Virus record (IMG/VR): IMGVR_UViG_3300023184_000171
Span: 1-52,254 of that record
Length of the DNA stretch: 52,254 bases
Strand: one strand, 5' to 3'
Source: a virus
Lineage: Duplodnaviria > Caudoviricetes
The translations under genes and the position numbers were made by a program. This document shows positions 24,197 to 33,972 of the stretch, piece after piece. Each line of letters begins with the position of its first letter. The stretch's first letter is position 1. The notes below the pieces were generated by a model, which was not told the DNA's origin, did no database searches, and saw only the letters and a program-made list of their open reading frames with translations.

Positions 24197-26181
24197 TGGC
24201 TATACCTTTTAAGAGAGTTATGGTTCTTGATTTCGAAACTGCATGGTGCAGCAGCACGTATACGCTGTCCAAGATGACCACGGAGTCCTATATCCGCGAC
24301 CCGCGCTTCAAAGCATGGGGCGCTGCGTTTAAGTTCCACGGCGACCCCACGCCGCCCATGTGGGTAACTGCTGAGCAACTCCCCGACTTCTTTGCCAGCA
24401 TAGATTGGTCTACCACCGCAGTGCTGGCGCAGAACACCGCGTTTGATGCGGCTATCCTGCATTGGGTATACGGCTACCTGCCCTGCTTCATGTTCGACAC
24501 CTTGAGCATGGCTCGTGCAGTGCGGGGGGTGGAAGCTGGCAATAGCCTACGGGCGCTGGCAGAGGCGTTCGGGTTCCCGCCCAAAGGCAATGACGTGAAG
24601 TTGAGCGACGGCATCCTTGATACGCTGCCCCGCCACATCGAGGACAGACTAGCCAGCTACTGCGTCCACGACGTGGAGCTTTGTGAAGGGGCGTTTGATA
24701 AGCTGGCGGCGGGGTTCCCGGTGAAAGAGTTACGACTCATCGACATGACGTTGAAGATGTTTGTTGACCCGCGCCTTGAGCTAGATTCAGAGATGCTGAA
24801 AGGTGCTATAGAAGATGAACGTATAAAACGGGAGGGGCTACTGTCGAGGCTGACGGTATCGGAGGAAAGCCTAGCCAGCAACGATAAGTTTGCAGAGGTT
24901 CTGAAGTTGGTTGGGGTATCGCCACCGCTGAAGAAAAAGAAGCCTACCCCCAAGACACCTAACCCTGTGGGTATGACCTACGCGTTTGCCAAGACGGACG
25001 CTTTGTTTCAAGCCCTGTTGAACGGCGACAATGAGGATGTGGCGCTGCTATGCGAGGCGAGGCTGGCGGTTAAGTCTACGCTGGGGCGCACACGGGCGCA
25101 GCGGTTTCTGGACATCTCTACCCGTGGCACGTTGCCGGTTCCCCTGAACTACTACGGGGCGCACACGGGGCGGTGGGCTGCGGGGCGCGGGAGTAGCATC
25201 AACCTACAGAACCTGAAGCGGGGGTCAGCCCTGCGCAGGGCTATCATGGCTCCCGAAGGCTATAAGGTTGTAGTCTGTGACCTTGCCCAGATTGAACCCC
25301 GCGTGTTGGCGTGGTTGGCTGGCTACCAATACCTGTTGGATATCTTCAAGTCAGGAGATGATGCGTATGCCGCGTTTGGAGCGCAGATGTTCGGCATTCC
25401 CGGCCTTTCAAAAGAGAGTCACCCCGACCTACGGCAGTCAGCGAAGTCTGCGCTGCTAGGGGCTGGCTACGGGATGGGCTGGTTCTCATTTGCCGCCCAG
25501 CTTCTTACGGGGTTTCTGGGCGCACCCCCCATGCGGTATGACGTAGCTTTTGCTAAACAGCTTGGTGTAACTAAGGACACGATGCTGGCGTTCATGGACT
25601 ACGCGCCCAACATGGAGAAGGCGCTATCCATACCAAGGCTGTGTAACGATGACGAAATCGTGGTGCATTGCGTAGCCGCCAAGCAGATTATTGACAAGTA
25701 TCGCACCGCTGCGAAGCCGGTTAAAACCTTCTGGGAGATATGCGACGAGCTACTGATTCGGTCATTGTCAGGGGGTATGCCGTATACCCATAAATGTCTA
25801 ATCTTTGAAAAGGAGCGTATAATATTGCCAAGCGGCCTCGCTCTGCGCTACCCCAATCTAGTCAACACTTCGGACGAAAAGGGGCGCTTGCAGTGGTCGT
25901 ATGGAACGCAGAACAAGAAGCTGTATGGCGGGAAGCTCACTGAGAACATCGTGCAAGCGGTGGCTCGGTGCGTGATGACGGATGGCATGTTGCGGATACA
26001 GAAGCGGTATCCCTGTAAGCTGACTGTGCATGATGAAGCGGTAGTGCTGGTGCCCGAAGACGAGGCGGATGACGCCGAGGGTTGGGTGCTGGAGCAGATG
26101 ATTAAAGAGCCTAGCTATATGCCGGGGATACCACTAGCTGCGGAGACAGGAGTGGCAGCACGTTACGGAGATGCGAAATAA
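24196..26181 (+). CDS. Family A DNA polymerase with 3'-5' exonuclease
   Basis: Exo motifs LDFET, NTAFD and YCVHD; HTGRW; motif A DLAQIEPR; motif B RQSAKSALLGAGYG; motif C VHDE. Confidence 0.95.
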   Translation: MAIPFKRVMVLDFETAWCSSTYTLSKMTTESYIRDPRFKAWGAAFKFHGDPTPPMWVTAEQLPDFFASIDWSTTAVLAQNTAFDAAILHWVYGYLPCFMFDTLSMARAVRGVEAGNSLRALAEAFGFPPKGNDVKLSDGILDTLPRHIEDRLASYCVHDVELCEGAFDKLAAGFPVKELRLIDMTLKMFVDPRLELDSEMLKGAIEDERIKREGLLSRLTVSEESLASNDKFAEVLKLVGVSPPLKKKKPTPKTPNPVGMTYAFAKTDALFQALLNGDNEDVALLCEARLAVKSTLGRTRAQRFLDISTRGTLPVPLNYYGAHTGRWAAGRGSSINLQNLKRGSALRRAIMAPEGYKVVVCDLAQIEPRVLAWLAGYQYLLDIFKSGDDAYAAFGAQMFGIPGLSKESHPDLRQSAKSALLGAGYGMGWFSFAAQLLTGFLGAPPMRYDVAFAKQLGVTKDTMLAFMDYAPNMEKALSIPRLCNDDEIVVHCVAAKQIIDKYRTAAKPVKTFWEICDELLIRSLSGGMPYTHKCLIFEKERIILPSGLALRYPNLVNTSDEKGRLQWSYGTQNKKLYGGKLTENIVQAVARCVMTDGMLRIQKRYPCKLTVHDEAVVLVPEDEADDAEGWVLEQMIKEPSYMPGIPLAAETGVAARYGDAK

Positions 26182-26194
26182 CAACGGAGAACGT

Positions 26195-26605
26195 ATGGAT
26201 AAAATTAAAATCGGTAAAACCGGTTACACAGTAAAAGTAGTTGAAGCGTTCTGGAACAAAACGATAGTTGCCCAGATTGATTACCACACAAAAGTATTAA
26301 CACTTGCCAGACGCGGCGGTATATCGCACAAGCCGCGCTCAAAGACGGACATAGAACAGTCTTTCTGGCATGAGGCTGTGCATGGGATTTTGAAAGACAT
26401 GCGCAACCCTTTGGAGAGCAACGAAGCGTTCGTAGATGGAATTGCCATCCGGCTAATGAAGCTTCTTAAACAGGTATATCCGAATGAAAGTAACTTGGTC
26501 ACACAGCGCGTTAAAGGAATACGAAAGCTGCGCACGGAAGTATTACGAAGTCAACGTGTTAAAGAACTACAAGTTTCAAGAAACACAAGAAACAAGATAC
26601 GGTAA
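26195..26605 (+). CDS. Small HExxH metallopeptidase-like protein
   Basis: FWHEAVHGIL...NEAFVD; ATG at 26195 with SD GGAG; the 3' end overlaps the next gene by 122 nt. Confidence 0.65.
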   Translation: MDKIKIGKTGYTVKVVEAFWNKTIVAQIDYHTKVLTLARRGGISHKPRSKTDIEQSFWHEAVHGILKDMRNPLESNEAFVDGIAIRLMKLLKQVYPNESNLVTQRVKGIRKLRTEVLRSQRVKELQVSRNTRNKIR

Positions 26606-27140
26606 AGACTTACACAAAGCAGCAGAACGTTACGTCAAAGGTGGGCCGCTGGCAAAGCAGTTTAGTTTCATTCAGCCCACCCTCGACGCGCTGAAAGCCA
26701 AACGCGGCACCAAGCATACGGAACTCCAGCTTGCGTTGGACGTAGACTTGAAGCCGTGCAAGTGGTTTGATAAAGAGTTGGTGTGGGTGCGGGGTATCAT
26801 CGACCTGTTGATTCTTGATGGCGACACAGCATGGGTGATTGACTACAAGACCGGCAGTAACAAGTATCCCGACAAAGACCAACTTGATTTGATGGCACTG
26901 ATTACGTTCGCGCACTACCCTGAAGTCAAGAAGGTTAATGCGGCGCTGCTGTTCGTTGTAAAAGAAAGTATGACGAAGCACAAGGTAGAAGTAGAAAACG
27001 CAGAAGGTATCTGGTGGGACTATCGTGAGCGTGTTGCCAAGATTGAGGCAGCGCACACTAACAACGTGTGGAACCCCAAGCAGTCGGGGCTATGCCCGTG
27101 GTGTCCTGTTAAAACGTGTGAGTTTCATCCTGAACATTAG
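26484..27140 (+). CDS. PD-(D/E)XK exonuclease, Cas4/RecB-like
   Basis: WSHS...C, G..LH, RGIIDL, IDYKTG, QL, and C-terminal CPWCPVKTC. Confidence 0.85.
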   Translation: MKVTWSHSALKEYESCARKYYEVNVLKNYKFQETQETRYGKDLHKAAERYVKGGPLAKQFSFIQPTLDALKAKRGTKHTELQLALDVDLKPCKWFDKELVWVRGIIDLLILDGDTAWVIDYKTGSNKYPDKDQLDLMALITFAHYPEVKKVNAALLFVVKESMTKHKVEVENAEGIWWDYRERVAKIEAAHTNNVWNPKQSGLCPWCPVKTCEFHPEH

Positions 27141-27149
27141 GAGAGTGAA

Positions 27150-27416
27150 ATGCCTAAGTCGTCCAAGCAAGAACTTAAAACAAAAGCAGCCTACAACAAG
27201 ATACCCAGTGTGCAAGACAAACGGGTTATCAACAACCGCGCTAGGCGGCAAGCACTTGCTGCCGGTAAAGCAAGCGTGGGGGATGGCACTAGCGTAGACC
27301 ACATCAAGCCTCTGGGCAAAGGTGGTTCCGCAAGCAAGAAGAACACGCGGATAATTTCAGCCGCAGAAAATAAAGGGTGGCGTAAAAGACAACCTGAGAT
27401 GTATGGGAAAAAGTAA
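27150..27416 (+). CDS. HNH endonuclease-like protein
   Basis: VDHIKPLGKGG...KNTRII...N motif. Confidence 0.75.
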   Translation: MPKSSKQELKTKAAYNKIPSVQDKRVINNRARRQALAAGKASVGDGTSVDHIKPLGKGGSASKKNTRIISAAENKGWRKRQPEMYGKK

Positions 27417-28993
27417 TGCAGATTGTAGATAATAAGGTGCTGGTGTTGCGTACTAAGACGCCCTCTAAGTACGCAATAATCCCGCGCTCAAAACACATCG
27501 GAGAAGTAAAGAAGGGTGTTCACGAAGTGGCAGTTCACTGGGGCTTGGATGAGGTGCGTGTGCTCAAGAATCTGGGTGTGCGCAACGTGCCTTCTCCCAT
27601 CTTGCGTAAGTATGAGTGGCCGGGGCGCTACACCCCGTTCGCTCATCAGCGCGACACCTCTGCGTTCTTGACTATGCACAAACGCGCTTTCGTATTTAGT
27701 GAACCGGGAACTGGCAAAACGCTGTCAGCATTGTGGGCAGCAGACTACCTGATGCGCATGGGGGAGGTCAGGCGCTGCCTTGTGTTGTGCCCGCTGTCTA
27801 TCATGCAAGCTGCGTGGATGGCAGACATAACGAAGAGCGTGATACACCGCACGGCTGTGATAGCGTATCACTCCAATGCGGAACGTCGCATAGAAGCGGT
27901 AAAGAATGATTACGAGTTTGTAATCAGCAACTATGACGGGTTGCCCATGATAGCCAACGCGCTGCTGGAAGACGGGCGCTTTGACTTAATCATAGGCGAC
28001 GAAGCGAACGCGTGGAAGAACGTATCAACCCGCCGCTGGAAGACGCTTAACAAGCTGATACTGCCTGACACGTATCTGTGGCTGATGACCGGCACCCCTG
28101 CCGCGCAGTCGCCCGTGGATGCGTATGGGCTGGCGCGTCTGATTAACCCCACTGCCGTGCCCCGCTTCGCTACCGCGTGGCGTGACAAGGTGATGCGCCA
28201 GATCACAAAGTTTAAGTGGGTGCCGAAGGAGGATGCCTACGATACGGTATACGACGTGCTGCAACCCGCCATCCGGTATACGAAAGACCAGTGTCTTGAC
28301 TTACCACCAGTGGTAACTATTACACGCGACGTTGAGCTTACCAGTCAGCAGATTAAATACTACCGGATGCTGAAGAGCCAGATGCTGGTGCATATGTCGG
28401 GGGAAACAATCACCGCCATAAACGCTGCTGCCAGCGTCAACAAGCTGTTGCAGATTTCAGCGGGGGCAGCATACACCGACAACAAGGAGGTAGTGGAGTT
28501 TGACTGCGCCCCACGGTTGGCAGTGCTGCTGGAAACACTGGAGGAAACTACCCGCAAGGTGCTAGTGTTCGCACCCTACCGGCACAGCATAGAAACCATC
28601 AGCAGCTACCTTGATAAGCATGGCATCTCTAACACCAAGATACACGGAGATGTTTCTGCTTCTAAACGTGCACTGATATTCGATGCGTTTCAAACCGCCG
28701 AAGAACCACGGGTGCTGGTCATTCAACCGCAAGCTGCCTCTCACGGGGTAACGCTCACGGCGGCTGATACGGTTGTCTTCTGGGGGCCGGTGATGTCTGT
28801 TGAGACTTACCTCCAGTGCATAGCCCGTGCGGACAGGGTAGGGCAGACGGGAAACAAAGTTACGGTGGTTCACATACAAGGCAGCGACATAGAACGCCGT
28901 ATGTTCAAGCAGTTAGCAGGAAAAGTTGATAGCCACGGAATACTCATCCAACTTTATGAAGATGAGCTTGCGAATAGAACTATCGACCTGTAA
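27416..28993 (+). CDS. SNF2-like superfamily 2 helicase
   Basis: PGTGKT, GDEAN, MTGTP, SHGVTLT and QCIARADRVGQ. Confidence 0.9.
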   Translation: MQIVDNKVLVLRTKTPSKYAIIPRSKHIGEVKKGVHEVAVHWGLDEVRVLKNLGVRNVPSPILRKYEWPGRYTPFAHQRDTSAFLTMHKRAFVFSEPGTGKTLSALWAADYLMRMGEVRRCLVLCPLSIMQAAWMADITKSVIHRTAVIAYHSNAERRIEAVKNDYEFVISNYDGLPMIANALLEDGRFDLIIGDEANAWKNVSTRRWKTLNKLILPDTYLWLMTGTPAAQSPVDAYGLARLINPTAVPRFATAWRDKVMRQITKFKWVPKEDAYDTVYDVLQPAIRYTKDQCLDLPPVVTITRDVELTSQQIKYYRMLKSQMLVHMSGETITAINAAASVNKLLQISAGAAYTDNKEVVEFDCAPRLAVLLETLEETTRKVLVFAPYRHSIETISSYLDKHGISNTKIHGDVSASKRALIFDAFQTAEEPRVLVIQPQAASHGVTLTAADTVVFWGPVMSVETYLQCIARADRVGQTGNKVTVVHIQGSDIERRMFKQLAGKVDSHGILIQLYEDELANRTIDL

Positions 28994-28996
28994 AAT
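28968..28996 (+). promoter_or_regulatory. Sigma70-like promoter
   Basis: TTGCGA (28968-28973), a 17-nt spacer, then TAAAAT (28991-28996), upstream of the gene at 29030. Confidence 0.55.
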
Positions 28997-29029
28997 CTTT
29001 TACTTGCAGTAAACACAACGAGGATAAAA

Positions 29030-29434
29030 ATGACAACAGAAGATTTAGTTCCTATGGACAGGCTTGCGAAAATCTATCTCAAGATTCGCACGAGTGTTCA
29101 GCTACTCACGCAAGACTACGAAAAACAAAAGGCCGCTTTGGAAGCGCAGAAGTCTGAGGTAGCTAATGCCATGCGCGACCAGATGAAAGCGTTGGGTTCC
29201 AAGTCGGTTAAGACAGAGTATGGAACGGTCATGCTGGGCGTAAAGACTCGCTACACCACGCAGGACTGGGATTCGTTTAAAGATTTTTGCATCAAGAACA
29301 ACACGATTGACCTCCTTGAGCGGCGCATTGCTCAACGGAATATGGCGAAGTGGCTGGAGGAGAATCCCGAAGATGTTCCACCGGGGTTGAACTCTGATTC
29401 TGAGTATGAAGTGACTGTTAGAAAACCTAGTTAA
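29030..29434 (+). CDS. Replication-module hypothetical protein
   Basis: 134 aa; N-terminal coiled coil; KTEYGTV...DWDSF...LLERR...PPGL. Confidence 0.75.
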   Translation: MTTEDLVPMDRLAKIYLKIRTSVQLLTQDYEKQKAALEAQKSEVANAMRDQMKALGSKSVKTEYGTVMLGVKTRYTTQDWDSFKDFCIKNNTIDLLERRIAQRNMAKWLEENPEDVPPGLNSDSEYEVTVRKPS

Positions 29435-29438
29435 AGGA

Positions 29439-30413
29439 ATGAACATGGCTACAGAAATGGCAGTATTTAATCCCGCGCAACTCCCCGCTTTTGCACGTAA
29501 TCGTAAAGGCCCGTCCGCACTGGCGAAGGCGCTGGCTGGTGGTGGCGGTGGTGGCTACGAGCATCGCTTGTCAATCAAGGGTTGCGTGTTTCGTTTGGTG
29601 GCTGGCGGTAAAGAGATTGCGTCCATTGAGGAGCGCCATCTGGATGTGGTGATTGTCAACGCAACTCCTAAAGTCGGGCGCATCTTCTACGGTGTGAAGT
29701 ATAGCGAGTCGGAAACCGCAGCACCCAAGTGCCAATCCGTGGACGGTATCAAACCGGATGCTGGCGTTAACGAAAAGCAGGGTGACAATTGCGCAAGCTG
29801 CCCGATGAACATCAAGGGTAGCGGTGACGGCGACACTAAAGGGTGCCGCTATTACCAACGTGTTGCTTTGGTTCTTGCCAACGACCTTCAGGGTAACGTG
29901 TTGCAGCTAACGGTGCCGTCGAAGTCACTCTTTGGTAAAGAAGAGAACGGCAACTACCCGCTGCAAGCTTATGCGCGGTGGTTGGACGCGCAGAACATCG
30001 ACCCTGACCTTGTGGTTACGCGTATCAAGTTCGACACCCGCGAGTCTTCGCCCAAGCTGTTCTTCCGCACCGTGCGTTATCTGGAAGACGCAGAGTTTGA
30101 ACTGGTGCAGGTCAAGGCTGAATCGCAGGATGCCAAAGACGCGATTGCTAACGTGAATAAGGCAGGTGCTGCCCCCACTACCGCGCCAGCACAGATTGAA
30201 GCTCCCAAAGGGCCACAGTTCCCACCTGACGATGACGAGGAAGACGCACCTCCTCCGAAGCCGAAGGCCAAGCCGAAGGCCAAGCCCAAAGCCGAGCCAG
30301 AGGAGGACGTAGAGGAACCGCCCGTCCGCAAGGGCGCAACGCCACCGGCAGCACCGGCAACAACATCGCTGGCGTCCGTTGTGGCCGATTGGGATAAAGA
30401 TACAGACGATTAA
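29439..30413 (+). CDS. Putative ssDNA-binding/annealing protein
   Basis: RLSIKG, C.S.DG..PD, CASCP.N..GS and GCR motifs; Pro/Lys linker and acidic tail (DWDKDTDD); lies in the replication module. Confidence 0.55.
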   Translation: MNMATEMAVFNPAQLPAFARNRKGPSALAKALAGGGGGGYEHRLSIKGCVFRLVAGGKEIASIEERHLDVVIVNATPKVGRIFYGVKYSESETAAPKCQSVDGIKPDAGVNEKQGDNCASCPMNIKGSGDGDTKGCRYYQRVALVLANDLQGNVLQLTVPSKSLFGKEENGNYPLQAYARWLDAQNIDPDLVVTRIKFDTRESSPKLFFRTVRYLEDAEFELVQVKAESQDAKDAIANVNKAGAAPTTAPAQIEAPKGPQFPPDDDEEDAPPPKPKAKPKAKPKAEPEEDVEEPPVRKGATPPAAPATTSLASVVADWDKDTDD

Positions 30414-30425
30414 TTAACCTGAAGG

Positions 30426-30448
30426 GCGAGGGGTGTTAAGCCCCTCGC
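30426..30448 (+). terminator. GC-rich hairpin after the SSB-like gene (terminator or stabiliser)
   Basis: GCGAGGGG-TGTTAAG-CCCCTCGC; no T-tract follows. Confidence 0.4.
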
Positions 30449-30454
30449 TACAGT

Positions 30455-30733
30455 ATGCCGTATAAAAGTTCGATTAGAAAAAAGATAGCCGTAGCGCCGA
30501 GCAGTATGGGCAAGACGTTGGGCGGTCATGCCGTGCGCACAGACTTTTCCGTGCTTCGCATTTCAAAGGCAACCGGTGCAACGCGCCAAACTATTTACAA
30601 TTGGTTTTTTGGCGGTGTTGTCGCGCCGTATTACCGCGATAAAGTTACTGAAATAATCGCCATCTTACGAGATTCACAAACCGCCGAACACGCATGGAGA
30701 ACCGTATGCTCGCGCTTCCACCTGAAAACTTGA
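30455..30733 (+). CDS. Helix-turn-helix DNA-binding protein
   Basis: SVLRISKATGATRQTIYNWFFG, a Cro/XRE-like HTH pattern. Confidence 0.75.
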   Translation: MPYKSSIRKKIAVAPSSMGKTLGGHAVRTDFSVLRISKATGATRQTIYNWFFGGVVAPYYRDKVTEIIAILRDSQTAEHAWRTVCSRFHLKT

Positions 30734-30873
30734 CCGATGAAGAACTCATCCGCAACGCATACCAGTATATTCACGACGGGTTGCCCATACGCTGGCAGAA
30801 AGAAATCTTTCGTCGTTACACAGAACTGTATGACGCAAACTATGACCTTGCCGTAAGCCAAGCAAGCACTTAA
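30706..30873 (+). CDS. Small hypothetical protein
   Basis: MLALPPENLTDEELIR...; SD GGAG; fills the gap before the primase. Confidence 0.45.
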   Translation: MLALPPENLTDEELIRNAYQYIHDGLPIRWQKEIFRRYTELYDANYDLAVSQAST

Positions 30874-30893
30874 TCCCACAACGAAGGGTTACT

Positions 30894-33812
30894 ATGACAC
30901 CGCTGGAATTCATAGCGGCTGTAGTGCCGTCGGCGGGGGTTTTGTGCGTCGCGGAACTAAGCTCAAAGAAAAAAGAACACGTATTCGTAGACAAGGTTGA
31001 AGACCTTGGCATTCACATAGCACGTTTCATCGCAGAAAAACGGGATACCTATTTCGCATTAGCAAGCTTTACGGAAAGCGGTAACCGCACTGCGCCCAAC
31101 GCGCTATACATGAAGTCGCTGTTTGTTGACATCGACTGTGGTGGAGGCAAGCCGTATTTAACAAAGCAAGCTGCCGCAACCGCGTTAGATACGTTCTTGC
31201 AGGAGACGAAGTTTGGCGCAATGGGCAACCCTTGGGTTGTCACGTCAGGCGGGGGGCTGCACGTCTACTGGCCTTTCACCGAAGACATACTTATCGCGCA
31301 GTGGCGTTCTGTCGCTGAGAACTTCAAGCGCCTGTGCAAGAAGCACTCGCTTCATATCGACTTTACTGTAACCGCCGATGCAGCGCGGGTGCTGCGTGTG
31401 CCTGACTCCTTCAACTGGAAGATTAAGGGCAAGCCCCGCAAGGCCAAGCTTATGGTGGAGGGCGGCACCTTTGTGTTTGCAGATGTAGCAGCAGCACTCA
31501 AGGTGCAGATTAACGGAGAGGCTGTAGCTGAACCGATATTCAACCCTGCGTCCATTCCCGGCATTCGCCCCAAACGCCAAACCGCATCGCAGGTCAAGCT
31601 GATCGAGAACAGCATCACGCGGTTCAAGACCATCATGCTGCGCACGGAAGGAGGTTCTGGGTGCTTGCAGTTGCGCCACTACGTAGAGAACGCAAAGCAG
31701 GAGGGTATGGAACCCCTGTGGCGTGGGCTGCTGTCGATAGCGCAGAAGTGCGTGGACGTTACCAAGGCTGCGAAGTGGCTGTCAGGATTGCACCCCTACG
31801 ACGAAAGCCGTATGGAGCAGAAGCTGCGCGAGATTAAGGGGCCATACTCCTGCGTCAAACTGGATGGCGAGAACCCCGGCTTGTGCGAGAAATGCCCGAA
31901 CTGGGGCAAGATCACCAACCCCCTCGCACTGGGGCGGGAGCTAGCAACGGACAACACCACCAAAGAAATCACGCTGCTGCCTGAGAGTAGCTCATCTGGT
32001 GAGCCAGTGCGTCCTAGCCAAATCAAAGTAACGCGCCCCACACCACCACGCGGCTTCTCTTACGGTAAGAACGGAGGCGTGTATCGTGAGATGGAAGTGG
32101 AGGACGAGAGTAAGAACGTTATTAAGAAACAAGTTTTGGTATTACCGTATGACTTGTTTGTTGTAGACCTGCTGAACGTCAACAAAGAACATTACGTGTT
32201 CATGCTGGCTACGCGCCCTGAAGGGCCAGTGCAGATATCCCTCCAGCAGAAAGCCGTAGTCAGTAAAGACGATACCGTTAAAGCGCTGGCAGCACAGAAC
32301 ATCGTGGCGGCGTATGGCTCTGGCAACGATAAGAACCTGTTTGATTACGTCAGGGCGTGTGTGGAGGCGGTATCTTCCAACAAGAACGCCATCAACGTGC
32401 CTAACAGCTATGGCTGGCAACCGGACGGCGGCTTTGTGGCGGGGGGTAAGATATTCATGCCCGACCAGACTGTTCGCCAGATACCCATGCCGGGGTTAGA
32501 GAACCTTACCCACGCCACCACACCAAAAGGAACGTTGGAGACATGGCGTAAGTATCCCGAAATGCTGATTGCGAAGGGGCTATACGACGTGCTGGCGATT
32601 GGCTGCGGGGTAGGGTTTGGCTCCCCGCTGATGGAGTTCACGGGACTGGACGGCCTAACCTTCCACGCTGGCTCAACGGAGTCAGGCACCGGCAAGACCG
32701 TAGCGCTGGAGTTGGCGGCGTCTATCTGGGGGCACCCTCGTGACTACCGCGTAGGCAAGAGCACCTCTGCGGTAGCCATGCAGCAACGGGCGGGGCTGCT
32801 ACGGAACCTGCCGCTGTTGAGCGATGAGATAACCAGTAAGAACAGGCGCGATGCAGAGTGGTTTCCTGAGTTCGTGTTTGACCTGTCTGAAGGCCGCGCT
32901 AAAGAGCGTATGGAGTCAGGGGCGAACAAGGAACGGCTGAACACCTCAGTCTGGTCGCTGATGGCGGTGCTGTCATCCAACACCCACATGATGGACTACC
33001 TGACCGGTGGGCGTAAGCACTCCTCTGAGGGTGAGATGCGCCGGATGCTGGAGTGGGTTACTAACGAGACGCTCTCGTGGGAGGTGCATGAGGTCGAGGT
33101 TATAAAGACCCTACGCTACCACCACGGCACCGCTGGCGATGTTTACGCGCAGTGGCTGACCCTCAACCGCAGCACGGCTATGGCGGTCTACCAGAGTGTT
33201 TACCAGCGCATCAGGGCTGAGTTCAAGATGACCAACGACGAGCGCTACTGGCACGCTGGCGTGGCGTGTTGTGTGGCGGGGTGCATCCTAGCGGGGTCGA
33301 AATACTCCAACGTGGTAAACCTCCCGATTCAGCACATTATCATCAGCCTGAAAGTCATTGTGGAGAAAGCCCGTCAGACGGTTCGCTCCAACGTGCGCAC
33401 GGCTGAAGATATCCTGAACGCCTACATCCGTGAGTTCTATGGCAAGTTCATCGTAGTCCGCGCTATTGACGGGGCGATACAGGCTACCTTTGGCGAGGCG
33501 GGGACGGTAGATGAATCCATCACACGCACCCAGATTTCAGGGCGGGTGGAACGGAACATAACACCGGGCTACGTAAACTTCTTTATAGAAGAGGGGCTAC
33601 TGAAATCCTACTGTTCCAGCATGAGCTTCGGGTATGCCGACTTCCGTAAGCAGATGGAGAAGTTGCACCGTGTTGAGTACGTTAAAAAGGACATGTTGTC
33701 TAAGACCAAAGGCCCACAGATGCGGGTCAATGCGATAAAGATCAGCCGTCCTGAGTCACCCCTGCTTGAACCCGATGCCGAAAAAGATACGGATATACTA
33801 CCCGTGGAATGA
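30894..33812 (+). CDS. Primase-helicase (RepB/AEP-like primase plus DUF927-like region and P-loop helicase)
   Basis: FVDID, SGGGLHVYW and DAARVLRVP primase motifs; Cys cluster; YGWQ; SGTGKT Walker A and LSDE Walker B. Confidence 0.85.
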   Translation: MTPLEFIAAVVPSAGVLCVAELSSKKKEHVFVDKVEDLGIHIARFIAEKRDTYFALASFTESGNRTAPNALYMKSLFVDIDCGGGKPYLTKQAAATALDTFLQETKFGAMGNPWVVTSGGGLHVYWPFTEDILIAQWRSVAENFKRLCKKHSLHIDFTVTADAARVLRVPDSFNWKIKGKPRKAKLMVEGGTFVFADVAAALKVQINGEAVAEPIFNPASIPGIRPKRQTASQVKLIENSITRFKTIMLRTEGGSGCLQLRHYVENAKQEGMEPLWRGLLSIAQKCVDVTKAAKWLSGLHPYDESRMEQKLREIKGPYSCVKLDGENPGLCEKCPNWGKITNPLALGRELATDNTTKEITLLPESSSSGEPVRPSQIKVTRPTPPRGFSYGKNGGVYREMEVEDESKNVIKKQVLVLPYDLFVVDLLNVNKEHYVFMLATRPEGPVQISLQQKAVVSKDDTVKALAAQNIVAAYGSGNDKNLFDYVRACVEAVSSNKNAINVPNSYGWQPDGGFVAGGKIFMPDQTVRQIPMPGLENLTHATTPKGTLETWRKYPEMLIAKGLYDVLAIGCGVGFGSPLMEFTGLDGLTFHAGSTESGTGKTVALELAASIWGHPRDYRVGKSTSAVAMQQRAGLLRNLPLLSDEITSKNRRDAEWFPEFVFDLSEGRAKERMESGANKERLNTSVWSLMAVLSSNTHMMDYLTGGRKHSSEGEMRRMLEWVTNETLSWEVHEVEVIKTLRYHHGTAGDVYAQWLTLNRSTAMAVYQSVYQRIRAEFKMTNDERYWHAGVACCVAGCILAGSKYSNVVNLPIQHIIISLKVIVEKARQTVRSNVRTAEDILNAYIREFYGKFIVVRAIDGAIQATFGEAGTVDESITRTQISGRVERNITPGYVNFFIEEGLLKSYCSSMSFGYADFRKQMEKLHRVEYVKKDMLSKTKGPQMRVNAIKISRPESPLLEPDAEKDTDILPVE

Positions 33813-33972
33813 AACCCCGGTGTGGGGTAGCTTCTTCGTGCCAACGCTGGATGTATACGCAACGAAAGAGACAGGGCTGAAGGTAGCCCTGCATCTTCGC
33901 ATCAAAGGTAAAACAACTTTCGGTCTATACAAAGGCAAGCACGGCGTGTTGTTTACGCGGCTTTCCGTATGA
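33775..33972 (+). CDS. Small hypothetical protein
   Basis: YPW....GSFFVP...GVLF.R motif; last plus-strand gene; overlaps the 3' end of the convergent giant gene. Confidence 0.6.
   Translation: MPKKIRIYYPWNETPVWGSFFVPTLDVYATKETGLKVALHLRIKGKTTFGLYKGKHGVLFTRLSV

Noticed and set aside
26484-27140. Cas4-like gene as evidence of a CRISPR-Cas system
   Set aside because: It is a solo PD-(D/E)XK nuclease in a replication module, which is common in phages; there is no cas1/cas2 or array.
30255-30295. PKAK tandem repeat in the SSB-like gene
   Set aside because: An ordinary flexible-linker repeat.
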